Shown here in pieces: positions 26,124 through 30,742 of a stretch of DNA of 30,742 nucleotides. The notes below the pieces were generated by a model. It worked only from the letters and a program-made list of their open reading frames with translations. It did no database searches and was not told the DNA's origin. This DNA is from a virus (lineage: Duplodnaviria; Caudoviricetes). How positions within the stretch are numbered: position 1 is the stretch's first letter; every line of letters starts with the position of its first letter. The stretch covers positions 1 through 30,742 of IMG/VR virus record IMGVR_UViG_3300006120_000062; one strand, given 5' to 3'. Made by a program: the position numbers and the translations under genes.

Positions 26124-26450
26124 ATGAGCGCAACATATACCGGCGGCATCGGAATCAAACTTCTCAGCGATACGACGCTGACCAAGGTCACCGCGAGCGA
26201 AAAGCTCGAGGTGAAAACCTATTTGAACAGCACCGGAGGGTTCGGCGGAATGGCCACCTACGATCCGACAGGCGAGCTGTCGGCGGAAGGATATGGTACG
26301 ACAAGCGTCGCCATAGCATCCACCACCACGGGTCCAAATGGAATGATTACAGGGAAAATCATTGTCGATTCGTTGGAAATTCATTCAAAGAACGATGATT
26401 TCAACGGGTTTAAATACACGGCAAAGATTTACCCGAACGCCACGACGTGA
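26124..26450 (+). CDS. Putative tail tube protein, copy 2
   Basis: 108 aa; KTYLNSTG...IIVDSLEIHSKNDDFNG; aligns by eye with copy 1. Confidence 0.6.
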   Translation: MSATYTGGIGIKLLSDTTLTKVTASEKLEVKTYLNSTGGFGGMATYDPTGELSAEGYGTTSVAIASTTTGPNGMITGKIIVDSLEIHSKNDDFNGFKYTAKIYPNATT

Positions 26451-26475
26451 TCGGCGGCTGCGGTGACATTTTAAA

Positions 26476-26949
26476 ATGAAAACAGGTCAAATATACAATT
26501 ATCTCAAGGACGATCAGGATCCTTTGGTCTCGCCGAATACACACGCCGTGGCGGCATTGATCACGTGCGACGGAAAATTGGTCGAGGAAGGGGGGTATAT
26601 CAATGCCGTTGAGGCGGAAAAAGGTAAAAATCGCAGGACAGTCGTCTGGATCGCGGAAGAAAAAAAGATTTGTTTTGAAGCGTTTGCGGGGGAAGAAATG
26701 ACCACTGCGGAATTTTTGAGACGCTGGAACGACCGCGAATGGCTTGCGGCCAACCTTGATCATCCGATTACGTTCTTGCGCACTTACCAGGACAAGGTCA
26801 ACAAACTCCGAGACATCATCCGGGAGAATCCCCCGTCGATCAAAATCACTCGGGGCAACGGATCCACCAGTTACATCTCCACCACTCGTGGCCCGGATGG
26901 GAAAATCGTTCCCACGGAAAAAGGTAGGAAAATGCTCCAGATGCTATGA
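26476..26949 (+). CDS. Hypothetical protein in the tail operon
   Basis: 157 aa, charged, ATGA overlap with the chaperone gene. Confidence 0.65.
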   Translation: MKTGQIYNYLKDDQDPLVSPNTHAVAALITCDGKLVEEGGYINAVEAEKGKNRRTVVWIAEEKKICFEAFAGEEMTTAEFLRRWNDREWLAANLDHPITFLRTYQDKVNKLRDIIRENPPSIKITRGNGSTSYISTTRGPDGKIVPTEKGRKMLQML

Positions 26950-27368
26950 TTGACGCCGTTGATTCGTTTGTATGCCCGGAAACCGGCGTGGCCGGAATCG
27001 AGTTGCGGCCGTTTACGGCGGGAAGTTATCTGCTTTGCCAGCGTCGGGGGCTTTCCATGTTCACCGGCGAGTCCGGAGAACTGAATCAGGCCGCCCAATT
27101 GTTTCAGGTCATGGCGTTCCTGTTCATCCATTCAGCGCCCATGAACGAGGTACTGATCGCGTGCGGGAACGAGGATTATTTTCAAAAATCTGTGGATGAA
27201 TTCGCCTTGAATGTCCCAATGGCGGCAATCCCCCAGGCAATGAAGCTGATTCGGGATCTGTGCGAGCAAGTCGCGGCATCGACGATTGAGACAATAGCCA
27301 AACCGTCATCTGGAAACGGGGAAACGCCACCCCCAAACTCCTCGGGCCGCCCCCGATCCCGGCGCTAG
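26946..27368 (+). CDS. Tail assembly chaperone (gpG-like)
   Basis: IELRPFT motif; slippery heptamer C_CCA_AAC at 27332-27338 near the 3' end. Confidence 0.75.
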   Translation: MIDAVDSFVCPETGVAGIELRPFTAGSYLLCQRRGLSMFTGESGELNQAAQLFQVMAFLFIHSAPMNEVLIACGNEDYFQKSVDEFALNVPMAAIPQAMKLIRDLCEQVAASTIETIAKPSSGNGETPPPNSSGRPRSRR

Positions 27369-27577
27369 TCTACAGCGTCGCAAGATCGACCGGGTGGCCT
27401 GCCAAAACCCTTTTTTGGGAAACCCCGCTGCCTCAATTGTTGGTCTGGTATTGGTGCGAATTAAGGGCCAACGACGTTTGGACCGTCAAGCCAGGGCCGT
27501 CGAAGGAAACTCAATTGTCCGGGCTTTTGGACTTTGTCCAGGAGCTCGAGCACGTTGACACGCCCCAGGATATATGA
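27332..27577 (+). CDS. -1 frameshift extension of the chaperone (gpT-like part of gpGT)
   Basis: -1 frame open for 79 codons (LLGPPPIPALVYSVARSTGWPAKTLFWETPLPQLL...) to TGA 27575-27577, overlapping the next ATG; no ATG of its own. Confidence 0.8.
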   Translation, partial: PKLLGPPPIPALVYSVARSTGWPAKTLFWETPLPQLLVWYWCELRANDVWTVKPGPSKETQLSGLLDFVQELEHVDTPQDI

Positions 27578-28251
27578 GCATCAAGGTTGACACTTCAAAT
27601 TTCAACCGCGCTATCAGAGAAATGTCACGGCTTACCGGCGCAGAATACGAAGACATTGTCCGTGCGGAAGTTGCCAGCGTTCTTTCGGCGGCAATTGCCA
27701 AAACTCCACGAGCCACGAAAGCATCCGTTTTAAAAAGCCTTGGGAAATGGGTTTTTATCAAGGAATCATCCCCGGCAAGGAAGCCTCAGTCGCGATTAAC
27801 AGGCGGCACGGCTTATCTTGTCGGCCCCGGCCGCAACGGATACCACCATTATCCCGATTACATCTGGGCGTGGATCAATGCGTCGAAGGATGAGCGCCAG
27901 AAAGAATTATTCCGAAGGATCGGAACGGCAAAGAAATCATGGTATTTGCTGGCCCGTCAACTTGGGTTGAAACTTCCGAAAAGCGTTCCTGGATATGTCA
28001 GCGCTGCCAAGGTCAAGGGGCGCGATCTGGACGGGGAGGTTTCCCATTCCAGAAGAGTTTCTGGAGACAAAGTCGGAATTTCGATTGAAAACGCAACGAA
28101 AGCCGCCATTCAGGGCGGAGGTCGCAAGGCCTTGTTGTCGGCAATCAACGGCCGTGTCGGGTATTTTCACAGGAACATGAGGAAGGGAGTGTTTAAAAAA
28201 GTCAGCACCGTCGCGGCCAAGTATCCGGGATTTAAAATCAAGGGTCTCTGA
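27574..28251 (+). CDS. Basic tail-completion/neck-like protein (HK97 gp10 / lambda Z-like, inferred)
   Basis: MSIKVDTSNFNRAIREM start; K/R-rich; 225 aa. Confidence 0.55.
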   Translation: MSIKVDTSNFNRAIREMSRLTGAEYEDIVRAEVASVLSAAIAKTPRATKASVLKSLGKWVFIKESSPARKPQSRLTGGTAYLVGPGRNGYHHYPDYIWAWINASKDERQKELFRRIGTAKKSWYLLARQLGLKLPKSVPGYVSAAKVKGRDLDGEVSHSRRVSGDKVGISIENATKAAIQGGGRKALLSAINGRVGYFHRNMRKGVFKKVSTVAAKYPGFKIKGL

Positions 28252-28275
28252 CGGTTTTGACAAACGGCCGCCGTC

Positions 28276-29883
28276 ATGGCCAATGATGCACTCCAGGCGA
28301 GTTTCGGACTCGATATTGCACCCCTTGTCCAGTCGTTGAAGCGGGCCACCGAGGCAGTCAAGGAAGCCTCTGGCAAAATCGGCAAAGAAGGTTTTGGCGA
28401 AATTTTAAAGCCGCTTGCGGCAATCGGGGCAAGCGTGGCCACGATTGACGGGGTCTTTGAAGGGTTGAATGGAGGCCTAGAGCTTGGCGCCCAGATGCAG
28501 GATGTGTCCAATCAAACCGGGCTTGCCGTCGAATCCGTTTATGAGTTTCGGCGTGCATTCCGCGATTCCGGAGTGGAAATCGAAAAGATCGGACCCTTGA
28601 TCAACAAGATGCAGAAATATCTTGTGGATGCAGCCTCGACCAAGGGGGGCAATGCCATGCTTCAAAGCCTCGGCCTTGATGCCGCGTCGTTGGCAAGCGC
28701 CAAACCAGAAGAAGCATTCCGAAAAATCGGGGAAGCGATTAACCGATTGCCAAATTTTGCAGAACGGGCTCGGGCCTCAATCACGGTGTTTGGAAAATCA
28801 GGCGGCGAATTGTTAAAGGTTTTTCAATCCCCTGCTTTTGCTAACCTGGGCAACGTCAGCGAAACGGCTCGTCTTTTGGGTGAGAATGCCGCCGTTTTCA
28901 AGGAAGCGGGCGAGTCGCTTTCGCATATCGGGGAAAAAATTTCAGGTTTTTTTGTCGGGATCGAAAGTGAGACCGTTCCGGCTCTCATGGGAGTTGTCCA
29001 TGCGTTTGAAAAGCTCGACCTTGCCACCTCGGGGAAAAATGTGGGATCAGTGATCGGAACGTTTGGGGAAGCACTCGCGGAAGGCCGTTTGGGAGAATTG
29101 CTTTGGTTGGACTTTAAGGTGGCGATTGAAAAAACCGTCAATTTCCTCGCCGCCGGTCTTTATTCATTGACGGCGGGGCTTTTGGATATTTCGGGGTTTG
29201 TGGGTCAGTATTTTTTGGATATTCTGAAAATCTCCACTAGCAGGGATTTTTGGATGGGAATGCTCGACACGCTTGGATCGTTTGCATCCACGTTTAACGC
29301 AATGCTTTTGAACGGGTTGGCCGATTTGATCGACCAAATGAAGGGAATCCCGCTCATCGGCGACAAGATCCATGGAGGGGCCGAAGCAATCCGCGAAAGC
29401 GCCCAAGGATGGACGGATGCTGCCACATCTCAGGGCAATCGGGCGGGATCGGAATTTACCTCGGCTGGCGGAGGGTTGGGGAGTGATGTTTCAGGGCAAT
29501 TCGATTACATGGCCAACCAACTGTTGACGAAATTCAAAAGCATCGATCTTTTCGGAAGTTCCGATTCCGATGCGCTCGAGGCGGTTACCGATTCGCTTTA
29601 TGCGGGACTTGATCAGGCCAACAAGGAAGCGCGTGAGGAAGCTCGCAAATCCCAGGTGAATGGATCCTTTAACGCGGCCGACCTGGGGCGCGGCCAGAAT
29701 GCCTTTGCCGACAGCCTTCGCAAGATCGGCGGCGGCGGATTTGCCGGTGGTCAGGGTGATCCTCTCCTGGATGAGAACAAACGCCAAACCGGACTTTTGC
29801 AAAAAATCGCCGACGGCATGAAGCGCCCCATGCAGCCCTCCTTGGGGGGTGACAACTGGGGCATGGTCTTTGCGCGTCCGTAA
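28276..29883 (+). CDS. Tape measure protein
   Basis: 535 aa, A/G-rich helical; DVSNQTGLAVES, VFGKSGGELL, DSLRKIGGGG, ENKRQTGLLQKIA. Confidence 0.9.
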   Translation: MANDALQASFGLDIAPLVQSLKRATEAVKEASGKIGKEGFGEILKPLAAIGASVATIDGVFEGLNGGLELGAQMQDVSNQTGLAVESVYEFRRAFRDSGVEIEKIGPLINKMQKYLVDAASTKGGNAMLQSLGLDAASLASAKPEEAFRKIGEAINRLPNFAERARASITVFGKSGGELLKVFQSPAFANLGNVSETARLLGENAAVFKEAGESLSHIGEKISGFFVGIESETVPALMGVVHAFEKLDLATSGKNVGSVIGTFGEALAEGRLGELLWLDFKVAIEKTVNFLAAGLYSLTAGLLDISGFVGQYFLDILKISTSRDFWMGMLDTLGSFASTFNAMLLNGLADLIDQMKGIPLIGDKIHGGAEAIRESAQGWTDAATSQGNRAGSEFTSAGGGLGSDVSGQFDYMANQLLTKFKSIDLFGSSDSDALEAVTDSLYAGLDQANKEAREEARKSQVNGSFNAADLGRGQNAFADSLRKIGGGGFAGGQGDPLLDENKRQTGLLQKIADGMKRPMQPSLGGDNWGMVFARP

Positions 29884-29889
29884 CCGGCC

Positions 29890-30597
29890 ATGAGTTTGTC
29901 CGAAGGATCCATCCTGATCGGGGAGAGGCGATCGATCGACAAGACCGGGCTTGAAAAAATCTCGCAACGGGTCTTTTTTTCCTCCTATCAGGCGGCGGTC
30001 AACGGGGCCTATGCGGCGGTCGGTTCGACCTACTCCAATGCCTTGTTTGTGGGTGCGTCGGCCCAGGGGGATGAGGCGGGAAACTGGATTTGCCAATTCG
30101 ACTACGAAAAAGTCGTTTCCCAGTCGGATGAAAATCCTGCCGATGACATCGGCCTCGTGGAGGAACTCGATTTCTCCATGAGCCAGAACCCGGTGCAGTC
30201 TTCCCCGAACTTCAAGGCAATGACCGAGACTTATCTCTGGGACACGGCGCTCAAAGCCTTTTCCCAGAATCTTGCCAATGGTGACCCTTCTCCGGTCTTC
30301 GGCACGACCGACTTTCTCTCCTATACCTGCGTCTATCGCCAAACCCAGACGCTGGCCGAGCTGCCGGATGACATTTTTTCCAATCTGGGAACGATCATCA
30401 CCGACCCGCCGTTCAAAAAACTGACCGATCCCGCCATGAACGATGACCGAACATGGCTTTATCTGGCCCCGAAGATTTCCACCCGTGGCAATGCCTTTCA
30501 GGTTGTCCAGGAATGGATGCTTTCCGGCGCAGGAGGGTGGCTTGAGGCCATCTACGGTTCCACGGCGCTCAAGGTGCTCGAAACGTCGAAAAACTGA
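29890..30597 (+). CDS. Distal tail / hub-like protein
   Basis: 235 aa acidic ORF directly after the tape measure; RTWLYLAP...EWMLSGAGGW. Confidence 0.65.
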   Translation: MSLSEGSILIGERRSIDKTGLEKISQRVFFSSYQAAVNGAYAAVGSTYSNALFVGASAQGDEAGNWICQFDYEKVVSQSDENPADDIGLVEELDFSMSQNPVQSSPNFKAMTETYLWDTALKAFSQNLANGDPSPVFGTTDFLSYTCVYRQTQTLAELPDDIFSNLGTIITDPPFKKLTDPAMNDDRTWLYLAPKISTRGNAFQVVQEWMLSGAGGWLEAIYGSTALKVLETSKN

Positions 30598-30599
30598 TC

Positions 30600-30742
30600 A
30601 TGAGTTCTTTCAAAACCATCGGCGGAAGTTTTTCTCTGGACCGCACCGGACTTTTTTCCTCCAGCGAGAAATATGCCTTTTCGATCACTCCCGGGATTCC
30701 AGATTTTTCGGAAGCCGAAAAGTTTGCGGCCGCCTATGAAGA
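30600..30742 (+). CDS. Partial tail protein (N-terminus only)
   Basis: tgatcATG coupling; MSSFKTIGGSFSLDRTGLF... open to the window end. Confidence 0.65.
   Translation, partial: MSSFKTIGGSFSLDRTGLFSSSEKYAFSITPGIPDFSEAEKFAAAYE

Larger units (their letters stand above)
429..28262 (+). promoter_or_regulatory. Dispersed late-gene box (T)TTGAC[A/T]-N13-17-start codon, 12 copies
   Basis: Box starts at 429, 5130, 5429, 9242, 18522, 20879, 21239, 22818, 25014, 25774, 27555, 28257. Confidence 0.8.
1..30742. mobile_element. Temperate siphovirus-like phage genome (near complete, circularly permuted, non-integrated form)
   Basis: Terminase, portal, capsid, tape measure, endolysin, integrase and primase/helicase all present; phage genes on both sides of an intact attP; no host housekeeping genes. 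Confidence 0.95.

Noticed and set aside
3409-27592. Other TTGACA hexamers (about 3409, 11406, 17586, 27587)
   Set aside because: Internal to genes with no plausible gene start 13-17 nt downstream; consistent with chance occurrence
429-28262. Reading the late box as a standard sigma70, sigma54 or sigma32 promoter
   Set aside because: No conserved -10, -12 (TTGC) or CCCCAT element at the required spacing, and predicted transcription starts would fall inside the ORFs

Overview
The whole window is a temperate, lambda-like tailed phage, probably most of a ~32-35 kb genome opened inside the tail region. It starts and ends in tail genes and carries an intact attP, so it looks like the excised/free form. 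Module order: tail-tip and fibre genes (1-7350); lysis (7353-9264); an accessory MazG-like/metallophosphoesterase/HEXXH cassette (9261-11053); a lysogeny module with two divergent ribbon-helix-helix (RHH) regulators, an Xis-like gene, a tyrosine integrase and an attP matching a tRNA 3' end, probably Gln (11054-13408); an early/replication operon with primase, helicase and an iteron origin (13431-18382); packaging and head genes (18543-24955); and tail genes with a -1 frameshifted chaperone and a tape measure (25033-30742). The strongest unexplained signal is a (T)TTGACA box 13-17 nt (mostly exactly 13 nt) upstream of the start codon of 12 late genes, which lack Shine-Dalgarno sites, whereas early genes have strong GGAGG sites. 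The geometry does not fit an ordinary sigma70 promoter, and the phage encodes a protein with a sigma-region-4-like HTH that could read the box. Also notable: a two-RHH switch, an attP that separates the presumed lytic promoter from the replication genes, and several tandem paralogue pairs among tail genes. A Verrucomicrobiota-like host is a tentative inference. All family calls come from reading motifs by eye; no database searches were run.
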